Shown here: in pieces, positions 25,405 to 32,000 of the stretch
Numbering within the stretch: the first letter of the stretch is position 1
Layout of the letters: every line of letters begins with the position of its first letter
Assembly: GCA_037444445.1 (NCBI GenBank)
Contig: JBBIMK010000017.1
Span: 16,103-48,102, forward strand
Direction: 5' to 3'
DNA length: 32,000 nt
Source: a bacterium
Lineage (GTDB): Bacteria > UBP7 > UBA6624 > JBBIMK01
Notes under the pieces: model-generated
What the model was told of the DNA's origin: nothing
Database searches by the model: none
Seen by the model: only the letters and a program-made list of their open reading frames with translations
Translations under genes and position numbers: made by a program

Positions 25405-25439
25405 TGTCTTCTCATACTGTATGTGGTTTTCTGAAAGAT

Positions 25440-25473
25440 TTGACAATACGCCTGGAATGTGCTACTTTATAAT
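25440..25473 (+). promoter_or_regulatory. promoter candidate upstream of direct-repeat copy 2 / DUF167-ileS
   Basis: TTGACA (25440-25445), a 17-nt spacer, then TACTTT. A perfect TATAAT also sits at 25468-25473. The TTGACA ends exactly 25 nt before the repeat, as in copy 1. Confidence 0.35.
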
Positions 25474-25566
25474 TGTCATGCGACAGCAGGAGATTGACGG
25501 TATTTATGAAATTCGCCAGATTGCAGGTGAAAGTGCTTCCCCGAGGGGGAAAATCGGAAGTGGTGG
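25471..25566 (+). repeat. direct repeat copy 2 (96 bp, identical to 24386-24481)
   Basis: See copy 1. This copy runs into the full-length DUF167 gene. Confidence 0.95.
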
Positions 25567-25784
25567 GCTACCGGGATGGAATCCTCACCATCAGAGTTAA
25601 CGCTCCTGCTGAACGCGGTAAAGCCAATTCGGAGTTAATTCGCTTCCTCCATCGGCGCCTGAGAGTCTCTCCTCAAATCCTTCGTGGTGAATTCTCCCGG
25701 CATAAAGTTCTGACCATTCCAGACCTGACCCTTTCGGAAGTCTTAAAACTTCTGAATATACCCCACACATCCCGGGAGGGATAA
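25506..25784 (+). CDS. DUF167 (YggU-like) family protein
   Basis: 92 aa from ATG 25506. [44 protein letters not shown] parallels E. coli YggU LRLYIQPKASRDSIVG...[22 protein letters not shown]. The track start at 25473 is an upstream TTG. Confidence 0.8.
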   Translation: MKFARLQVKVLPRGGKSEVVGYRDGILTIRVNAPAERGKANSELIRFLHRRLRVSPQILRGEFSRHKVLTIPDLTLSEVLKLLNIPHTSREG

Positions 25785-25786
25785 AG

Positions 25787-28711
25787 ATGCTTACGGATTA
25801 CAAGAAGACCTTGAACTTGCCGAAGACAGAATTTGCCATGCGAGGGAACCTGGTGAAGCGGGAGCCGAAACTGATTGCCTTCTGGCAGGAAATCGGTCTG
25901 TATGAAAAAATCATCCAATTGAGGGAAAATGCACGCAAAGAACACAAAATCTTTATCCTTCACGATGGACCCCCTTATGCCAACGGCGACATCCATGCTG
26001 GCCATGTCCTGAATAAAGTTCTCAAGGACATCGTGGTCAAGTTCCGCCTGATGCAGGGGTTTTATTCTCCTTATGTGCCCGGCTGGGACACCCATGGCTT
26101 GCCCACCGAGCAGGAAGTCATTAAGAAATTCGGATTAGACAGAAAAGCGGTCTCTCCCTTACAGTGGCGGAGAAAATGCAAGGACTTCGCTGAGATGTAT
26201 GTGGAACGCCAGCGAGAGCAATTCATCCGCCTCGCCTGCCTCGGCGACTGGAAGAATCCTTACCTCACCTACGACCCCGCTTATGAAGCCAGAGAAATAG
26301 AAATCTTAGGAACGCTGGGTGAAAAAAATCTCCTGTATCGGAAGAAGAAACCCATCTACTGGTGCGCCGGTTGTGAAACCGCCCTCGCTGAGGCAGAGAT
26401 TGAATATGAAGATGTGCCTTCCCCCTCCATTTATGTGGCTCTCCCGCTGGAATTACCTTTGCGATTGGAAGCCCGGGGTAGTGTTCCCGCCTCATTCGTC
26501 ATCTGGACCACGACGCCCTGGACCCTGCCAGCCAATCTGGCTGTTGCCCTTCATCCCTCTGCCAGTTATTCCCTCTACCACACGGAAAAAGGGAATTTTA
26601 TTGTGGCAGATGCCCGATGGCAGGAGTTCTCTGAAAAAGCGGGCATCCCAATTTGGGAAAAGTGGATGTCCTGGAATGGAAGCCACCTGAAAACCCTTCG
26701 GTATTTCCATCCAGTTGTGGGTAATCCCCAATCTAAAAGGCTGGGGCTTCCTGAGATTTTTCAAGAAATGAAAAAATATCCTGAACTTTTTCGTGAAAAA
26801 TATCCTGAACTTTTTGAGAAAGAATATACCGGAACTATCCAGCAAGTCATTACTTCCGAGATGGTGGATTTGTCCACGGGCACAGGGATAGTTCATATCG
26901 CCCCGGGGCACGGGGAAGAAGATTATCACATCGGGCTGGAAAATAACCTGCCTGTCTTCTCCCCCCTGGATGATGAAGGGAAATTCACCCTTCCCGCTGG
27001 CACTGGCTTTGATTTCATAGATGGGAAATTTTACGAGGATGCAAACCCCTTGATTTTAGACAGGCTGAGGGAGGCGGGAAACTTACTCCATCAGGAAGAA
27101 ATCATTCACTCTTATCCCCACTGCTGGCGGTGTAAAAAAGCGGTGATTTTCCGTGCCACCCCCCAGTGGTTTTTAGATATAGACAAAATACGGGACGCCC
27201 TGATTCAGGGTGCAGAAGCCATTCAATGGCATCCTGCCTGGGGGAAGGAGAGGCAGGTGAATATGCTGAAAGAGCGCCCGGATTGGTGTCTCTCCCGCCA
27301 GCGAGTGTGGGGCGTTCCTCTTCCTGTTTTCTACTGCCAGTCTTGCCGGATGCCCATTCTCTCCACAGCCAGTGTTGCCCGCCTGGTGGAACGGGTTCGC
27401 CAGCGCGGGGTGGATGTGTGGTGGCAAGAACCAGCAAAAGAACTGTTGCCTGCCGGGTTCATCTGCCCTCATTGTGGCGGTGAAAACTTTGAGAAGGAGA
27501 AGGACATCGTGGATGTCTGGTTTGATTCCGGCGTCTCCCACTTCGCTGTCCTCCAGCAGAGGCAGGAACTCCGCTGGCCCTGCGAGTTATACCTGGAGGG
27601 CACCGACCAGTATCGGGGATGGTTCCAGACCTCGCTGACCACTGCCGTAGCGGTGGCGGATACCCCCCAGACCCGCCAGGTCCTCACCCACGGCTTCGTC
27701 GTGGACGAAGAAGGCAGAAAAATGTCCAAATCCCTTGGAAATGTCGTTGACCCACAGGAGGTCCTGAAGTCCTTCGGCGCCGAAATCCTCCGCCTCTGGA
27801 CCGTTTCCTCTGACTTCACCTCCGATGTAAAAATCTCCCCCGAAATCCTTTCCAAAGTCGCTGACGGATACCGCAAAATTCGGAATACCTTCCGCTTCCT
27901 CCTCGGCAATCTATATGACTTTGATACCTCCCTCCTCCTCCCTTACGAAGAACTCCGAGAAGTTGACCGGTGGGCGCTTCATTCTCTTTCCCATCGGATT
28001 CGTCAGTTGACCGAGCAGTATGAAAATTACCAGTTTGATGCCGTTTTTCGCACTCTCTACCAATACTGCACCGTAGACCTGTCCTCCTTTTATCTGGACA
28101 TATTGAAGGACCGATTATACACCTTTCCCGCAGATTCCAGCGCCCGTCGCTCCGCCCAAACCGCTTTTTACCACATTCTCAATGCCCTGCTCCGGCTCAG
28201 CGCTCCCATCCTTTCCTTCACGGCGGAGGAAGCCTGGCAGGCTTTTGGTGCGAATCAAGAGCGCCCCTCCAGCGTTTTCCTCGCGAATTTCCCCACTCCA
28301 CAGCCGGATTGGGAAGACAGCCGATTGGAAAGCCGTTGGAACACCCTTCTTTCCCATCGGTCACGTGTCAACCGAGCCCTGGAGCAGGCAAAAAATCAGG
28401 GCTGGATTCGTTCCCCTATGGAGGCTTTTATCACCCTCTACGCCGATGAAAACCAGGAAGCATTCCTCCGCTCCTTCTCCCCGCAAGAACTGGAAGAGGT
28501 TTTCAACACTTCTGGTGTGAGGGTGGAGCCTTTGAAAGCCCTCCAGGAAGAAATGATTGAGTCGGAAACGAGAGAAGAAGGTGTGGTGGTGAGTGTGGAG
28601 CGGAGTGCAGGCGAAAAATGCGCCCGATGCTGGAAACGCTACCGCTCCGTAGGACTGAATCCGGCTTACCCAGACCTCTGCCATCGCTGCATCTCCTGCC
28701 TCACCACCTGA
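25787..28711 (+). CDS. ileS: isoleucine--tRNA ligase
   Basis: 974 aa with [12 protein letters not shown] (HIGH), KMSKS, a CP1 editing region and a C-terminal CARCW...CHRCISC zinc knuckle. The ATG lies 2 nt after the DUF167 stop, with a GGGAGGG RBS. Confidence 0.95.
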   Translation: MLTDYKKTLNLPKTEFAMRGNLVKREPKLIAFWQEIGLYEKIIQLRENARKEHKIFILHDGPPYANGDIHAGHVLNKVLKDIVVKFRLMQGFYSPYVPGWDTHGLPTEQEVIKKFGLDRKAVSPLQWRRKCKDFAEMYVERQREQFIRLACLGDWKNPYLTYDPAYEAREIEILGTLGEKNLLYRKKKPIYWCAGCETALAEAEIEYEDVPSPSIYVALPLELPLRLEARGSVPASFVIWTTTPWTLPANLAVALHPSASYSLYHTEKGNFIVADARWQEFSEKAGIPIWEKWMSWNGSHLKTLRYFHPVVGNPQSKRLGLPEIFQEMKKYPELFREKYPELFEKEYTGTIQQVITSEMVDLSTGTGIVHIAPGHGEEDYHIGLENNLPVFSPLDDEGKFTLPAGTGFDFIDGKFYEDANPLILDRLREAGNLLHQEEIIHSYPHCWRCKKAVIFRATPQWFLDIDKIRDALIQGAEAIQWHPAWGKERQVNMLKERPDWCLSRQRVWGVPLPVFYCQSCRMPILSTASVARLVERVRQRGVDVWWQEPAKELLPAGFICPHCGGENFEKEKDIVDVWFDSGVSHFAVLQQRQELRWPCELYLEGTDQYRGWFQTSLTTAVAVADTPQTRQVLTHGFVVDEEGRKMSKSLGNVVDPQEVLKSFGAEILRLWTVSSDFTSDVKISPEILSKVADGYRKIRNTFRFLLGNLYDFDTSLLLPYEELREVDRWALHSLSHRIRQLTEQYENYQFDAVFRTLYQYCTVDLSSFYLDILKDRLYTFPADSSARRSAQTAFYHILNALLRLSAPILSFTAEEAWQAFGANQERPSSVFLANFPTPQPDWEDSRLESRWNTLLSHRSRVNRALEQAKNQGWIRSPMEAFITLYADENQEAFLRSFSPQELEEVFNTSGVRVEPLKALQEEMIESETREEGVVVSVERSAGEKCARCWKRYRSVGLNPAYPDLCHRCISCLTT
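26772..26819 (+). repeat. in-frame 24-bp tandem duplication inside ileS
   Basis: aaaaatatcctgaacttttt occurs at 26772-26791 and again at 26796-26815, with period 24. It encodes [16 protein letters not shown]. Confidence 0.9.
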
Positions 28712-28727
28712 ACCAATCTTCTTCCGG

Positions 28728-29621
28728 GTGATGTGTTACAATGCCAGAGGGATGAAAGCCGGGAAGGAATTGATTGAAAGAGCCCTGGCGGAAGACCGAG
28801 TCCGGCAGGATAAAACCTCCTTCGCTCTCTTCCCGGAAGAACATCACAGTGTGGCTTTTCTGATAGCCGGCGCCACCGGCGTGCTATCGGGAATGGAGGT
28901 GGCCAGGCAGGTATTCCAGGCAGTGGATAGAAACATCCAATTCCAGGCATTCAGAAGAGATGGAGAATCGGTCAGAAAGGGCCTGAAGATTGCCCGACTG
29001 AAGGGGAGAACACGAAGCCTTTTATCCGCAGAACGAGTGGCACTGAACTTCCTGATGCACCTGTCGGGAATCGCCACTCTCACGGCGAAGTTTGTTAAAG
29101 TCCTACAGGGAACTCCTGTCATCCTTCTGGATACCCGTAAGACCTTACCCGGCTTACGCATGCTGGAGAAATACGCTGTCCGCTGTGGCGGGGGCAAAAA
29201 TCATCGGATGAACCTCGCTGAGGCTATCCTCCTGAAATCCAACCATATTCGGGCTTTCGGCTCCATTTCCGATGCGGTTATGCTGGCACGAAAAAAATAT
29301 CCCCGAATGTGGATTGAGGTGGAAGTGCAGAACCTGAAGGAATTTCAGGAAGCCCTGAAAACATCCGCCGACCGCATTATGCTGGATAATTTTTCCCTCC
29401 CCTGCCTGCGAAAAGCGGTTGCGCTCAGCCGAAAAAGAACCCCGGCAAATCCCATACCCCTGGAGGCTTCCGGTGGAGTCACCCTGAAGAACGCTCGTCG
29501 CATGGCACGCATCGGGGTGAATTTCATTTCCGCAGGCGTTCTCACCCACTCCGCACCCGCCTTGAATATCTGTATGAAAATCGTCAGAGGAAAGGCTTCA
29601 CCCTCTCTGTCAATGAGGTGA
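28728..29621 (+). CDS. nadC: nicotinate-nucleotide pyrophosphorylase (quinolinate phosphoribosyltransferase)
   Basis: AERVALNFLMHLSGIATLT, LDTRKTLPGLRMLEKYAVRCGGGKNHR and IMLDNF are NadC signatures. The start is ambiguous between GTG 28728, ATG 28731 and ATG 28752. Confidence 0.9.
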   Translation: MMCYNARGMKAGKELIERALAEDRVRQDKTSFALFPEEHHSVAFLIAGATGVLSGMEVARQVFQAVDRNIQFQAFRRDGESVRKGLKIARLKGRTRSLLSAERVALNFLMHLSGIATLTAKFVKVLQGTPVILLDTRKTLPGLRMLEKYAVRCGGGKNHRMNLAEAILLKSNHIRAFGSISDAVMLARKKYPRMWIEVEVQNLKEFQEALKTSADRIMLDNFSLPCLRKAVALSRKRTPANPIPLEASGGVTLKNARRMARIGVNFISAGVLTHSAPALNICMKIVRGKASPSLSMR

Positions 29622-29628
29622 TTTTCTG

Positions 29629-30531
29629 ATGAGAAAATGGTTTGAGTGTGTGCCCAATGTGAGCGAAGGAAGACGACCGGAGGTGATTCGGGAAATCCAG
29701 AATGCTATCCAATCAGTGAAAGGAATTAAACTTCTGGATGTGGAGTCGGACAGCGACCACAATCGGAGTGTATTCACTTTCGCCGGCCCGAAAGAGCCGG
29801 TCAAGGAAGCAGTATATCAACTGGTGGACATAGCCATCCGGCGTATTGACCTGCGAGAGCATAAAGGGGAACATCCAAGGATTGGTGCGGTGGATGTGAT
29901 TCCCTTCGTCCCTCTCTGGGATGCCACCGTAGAAGAAGCCATTGTTCTGGCGAAAGAAGTGGGCGAGCATCTGGCGAACACCTACTCTTTGCCCATCTAT
30001 TTCTACGAGGATGCAGCCTCAGCACCCCATCGTCGTAACTTATCGGACATCCGACAGGGGGAGTTTGAAGGGCTGGCAGAGAAGATGAAAAAGCCAGAGT
30101 GGAAGCCAGACGCAGGGCCTGAAGAACCGCACCCCACTGCCGGCGCTACCGTCGTGGGCGCCCGTTTCTTCCTCATCGCCTATAACATCTACCTCGGCAC
30201 CACCGATGTGTCCATCGCCAGGAAGATTGCACGGGCAATCCGGGCTTCCGATGGTGGATTCGCTTATGTAAAAGCCCTCGGCTTTGAAATCAAACAACGG
30301 AATCTGGTTCAGGTGAGCATGAACCTGGTGGACTACCGAAGAAGCCCAATGCACCGCGTCTTTGAACTGGTTCGCCTGGAGGCGGAACGATACGGCGTTC
30401 CCATCGTTTCCTCAGAAATCGTGGGCCTGGTCCCTCTGGATGCCATTGTCGCCGCCGCCGACCACTTCCTCCGACTGGAAAATTTCTCCAAAAAGCAAAT
30501 CTTAGACTTTCAACTGCTAAAAAATGAATAA
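29629..30531 (+). CDS. ftcD: glutamate formimidoyltransferase (FTCD N-terminal-type)
   Basis: MRKWFECVPNVSEGRRPEVI is the hallmark N-terminus of formiminotransferases. 300 aa, with GAGGTGA 8 nt upstream. Confidence 0.85.
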   Translation: MRKWFECVPNVSEGRRPEVIREIQNAIQSVKGIKLLDVESDSDHNRSVFTFAGPKEPVKEAVYQLVDIAIRRIDLREHKGEHPRIGAVDVIPFVPLWDATVEEAIVLAKEVGEHLANTYSLPIYFYEDAASAPHRRNLSDIRQGEFEGLAEKMKKPEWKPDAGPEEPHPTAGATVVGARFFLIAYNIYLGTTDVSIARKIARAIRASDGGFAYVKALGFEIKQRNLVQVSMNLVDYRRSPMHRVFELVRLEAERYGVPIVSSEIVGLVPLDAIVAAADHFLRLENFSKKQILDFQLLKNE

Positions 30532-30569
30532 CGGAATGGCTTCCGAGTATAATAAAACTGGAGGCAAAG

Positions 30570-30947
30570 TTGGCGGTCATTGAAAAGAAGATAGAGTTAG
30601 CAGGCTCCCGTGGAAAGGAAGAGGTGGTTGCCCTTTTTGATTCCAGTGCCACCTATTCCTGCATCCAGCCCGAACTGGCAGAAAAACTGGAAATGACAAC
30701 CCCCTTGCCAGAGCCGATGGAATTCGGAACCGCAGAAACAGAAAAGAAGGTCACCGCTTGCCATCGGGTGGTTTTGAACTTCTACCTCAATGGTTATCTT
30801 TTCTCCGATGAATTTATGATTATTCCAAACCTGTCAGAGCCTGTGAATACCGGTGTCGCTACCCTGCAGAAGTGGCGGATAAAACTGGATTTTGAGAACG
30901 ACGAGGTCATCATTGACCCGAGAGTCACCAAACTCCACCTCCTCTAA
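30570..30947 (+). CDS. small retropepsin-like (clan AA) aspartic-protease-fold protein, DSS variant
   Basis: 125 aa with a TTG start 5 nt after GGAGG. VVALFDSSATYSCIQPELAEKL and GVATLQKWRIKLDFEN match the layout of single-domain retropepsin-like proteins, but the D-T/S-G triad reads D-S-S. Confidence 0.5.
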   Translation: MAVIEKKIELAGSRGKEEVVALFDSSATYSCIQPELAEKLEMTTPLPEPMEFGTAETEKKVTACHRVVLNFYLNGYLFSDEFMIIPNLSEPVNTGVATLQKWRIKLDFENDEVIIDPRVTKLHLL

Positions 30948-31028
30948 CTGGTTACCAGTTACCGGATGCCTGTTGCCAGTGGAAGTCCCTTCTCTTCCTA
31001 CAAGTCTTGTAAAAGGAGGATTGGAAAG

Positions 31029-31607
31029 ATGGACTTAGAAGCATACCTGAAGGATTTATCCTCTTCATCGCCGGCACCTGGCGGTGGGAGTGCATCTGCC
31101 CTTACGGGCGCCATCGCCGCTTCTTTGAACTCTATGGTGGCTTCCATCACGGCGAAGAAAAAGCCAGAACTGGAGGAAATCGGTCAAAAAGCCCGTGACA
31201 TTCGTGATGACCTCTTACGCTTAATGGAGCAGGACACCTCCGCATTCCTCTCTTTGATGAAAGCGTTCAAAGAAAAGAACGAATCCGAGATAGCCCACCG
31301 GGTGAAAGAAGCGGCTACCGTTCCCCTAACCACTGCGGAGAAATCCCTTCAGGCTCTCGTGCTGGCAGTGGAACTTCTCCAGAAAGGTTCTAAAAGCGTC
31401 TTCACTGACTCTGCGGGAGCGGGGTTCTTAGCCTGGGCCGCCGTCCGCTCCGCCCTCCTTAATGTCCTCATCAACCTCCCCTCTATGAAAGACGAAGCCC
31501 TGAAGGCTCATCTAAAAGAGAAAACAAACGCCTGCATCCGAAAATCCGATGAACTCCTCCAGGAAGTGATTCAACAATCGGAGGCTTTCTTCGCCCCGAA
31601 AACTTGA
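31029..31607 (+). CDS. formiminotetrahydrofolate cyclodeaminase (FTCD C-terminal-type)
   Basis: Trimmed to ATG 31029, with AAGGAGG upstream. LEAYLKDLSSSSPAPGGGSASALTGAIAASLNSMVA is the cyclodeaminase/FchA-family signature. Confidence 0.85.
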   Translation: MDLEAYLKDLSSSSPAPGGGSASALTGAIAASLNSMVASITAKKKPELEEIGQKARDIRDDLLRLMEQDTSAFLSLMKAFKEKNESEIAHRVKEAATVPLTTAEKSLQALVLAVELLQKGSKSVFTDSAGAGFLAWAAVRSALLNVLINLPSMKDEALKAHLKEKTNACIRKSDELLQEVIQQSEAFFAPKT

Positions 31608-31623
31608 GGGAAAACGACGCAGG

Positions 31624-31905
31624 ATGAACAACCTCACGCCCCGAAAATTCTTCCTCCTCCTTATCCCCGTATATAACCTCGTCATCTCCCTCTGGAACCT
31701 CCGGGATATTCTGATAGCGGACTCCTATGCCACCGACCCATCCAGCCTCGTGATGATGATTGTCAGCCTGATTGCCCTGCCGGTGAGCATAGCGCCCTTC
31801 TTCTTTCTCCGCTCCCGAACCCCCTATGGTTCCAGATTGTTAGAACTGAATATCCTCTTCCTGTGGTTCTTCTTCCTCCTGACATCTCTCCTTCCCCAGT
31901 ATTAA
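31624..31905 (+). CDS. small hypothetical membrane protein (about 3 TM helices)
   Basis: 93-aa ORF with hydrophobic segments FFLLLIPVYNLVISLW, MMIVSLIALPVSIAPFFF and ILFLWFFFLLTSLL. No family recognised. Confidence 0.45.
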   Translation: MNNLTPRKFFLLLIPVYNLVISLWNLRDILIADSYATDPSSLVMMIVSLIALPVSIAPFFFLRSRTPYGSRLLELNILFLWFFFLLTSLLPQY

Positions 31906-32000
31906 ATTTCGTTACAGAGGCAAAGATTGTAGAGCAATGCCAAATTCCCGGGCGTTGTATCGGGATGTCGCGATATATTCCCGGCTGAATCCCGCCCCCA

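Noticed and set aside
31902-32000. Minus-strand open frame entering from the right edge (...GNISRHPDTTPGNLALLYNLCLCNEI, stop overlapping the small membrane-protein gene stop).
   Set aside because: Only 33 codons are visible and no motif is recognisable, so coding cannot be told from non-coding. It is left unannotated.
1-32000. Looked for CRISPR arrays, IS elements with terminal inverted repeats, integrase, transposase or reverse-transcriptase genes, DGR-style template/variable repeats, rRNA and tRNA genes.
   Set aside because: None was seen by eye or in the ORF track. The only long exact repeat found is the 96-bp pair at 24386/25471, and the only tandem repeats are the (GGN)n tract and the 24-bp ileS duplication. 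A computational repeat or tRNA scan would be needed to be certain.

Overview
This is about 32 kb of bacterial chromosome with diderm-type envelope genes. I found no rRNA, tRNA, CRISPR array, transposase, integrase or reverse transcriptase. Positions 1-19556 form one unbroken minus-strand gene array: asd (partial)-dapB; two exported hypothetical proteins; a 788-aa protein built from repeated OstA/LptA-like modules; an M16 peptidase pair; three glycosyltransferases; an NHL/CarboxypepD_reg lipoprotein; a PLD-like lipoprotein ending in a 34-residue poly-Gly tail; and a pterin/folate-type cluster of a tandem ThyX-like protein, folE, a tandem-fused PTPS and a CDP-alcohol phosphatidyltransferase. From 19687 the plus strand carries a large glycoside hydrolase and later DUF167-ileS-nadC-formimidoyltransferase-(retropepsin-like gene)-cyclodeaminase. 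The only clearly accessory segment is 22.2-25.6 kb. It holds an intact-looking, stand-alone HK97-fold major capsid gene with a scaffold-like N-terminal extension and no other phage genes nearby. Next to it is a two-gene cassette: a cold-shock/OB-like 85-aa protein and a permuted papain-like YiiX-type hydrolase. The cassette is bracketed by a perfect 96-bp direct repeat that duplicates the leader, RBS and first 20 codons of the DUF167 gene. This island is my best candidate for an undescribed system, either an encapsulin-like or domesticated capsid, or a capsid-linked defence or satellite module. Secondary curiosities are the complementary-degenerate tandem ThyX, the GGAGG-rich poly-Gly tail, the fused Lpt-like protein, an in-frame 24-bp duplication in ileS, and a DSS-variant retropepsin gene splitting the ftcD halves. 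All functional calls come from motif recognition by eye; no database search was run.
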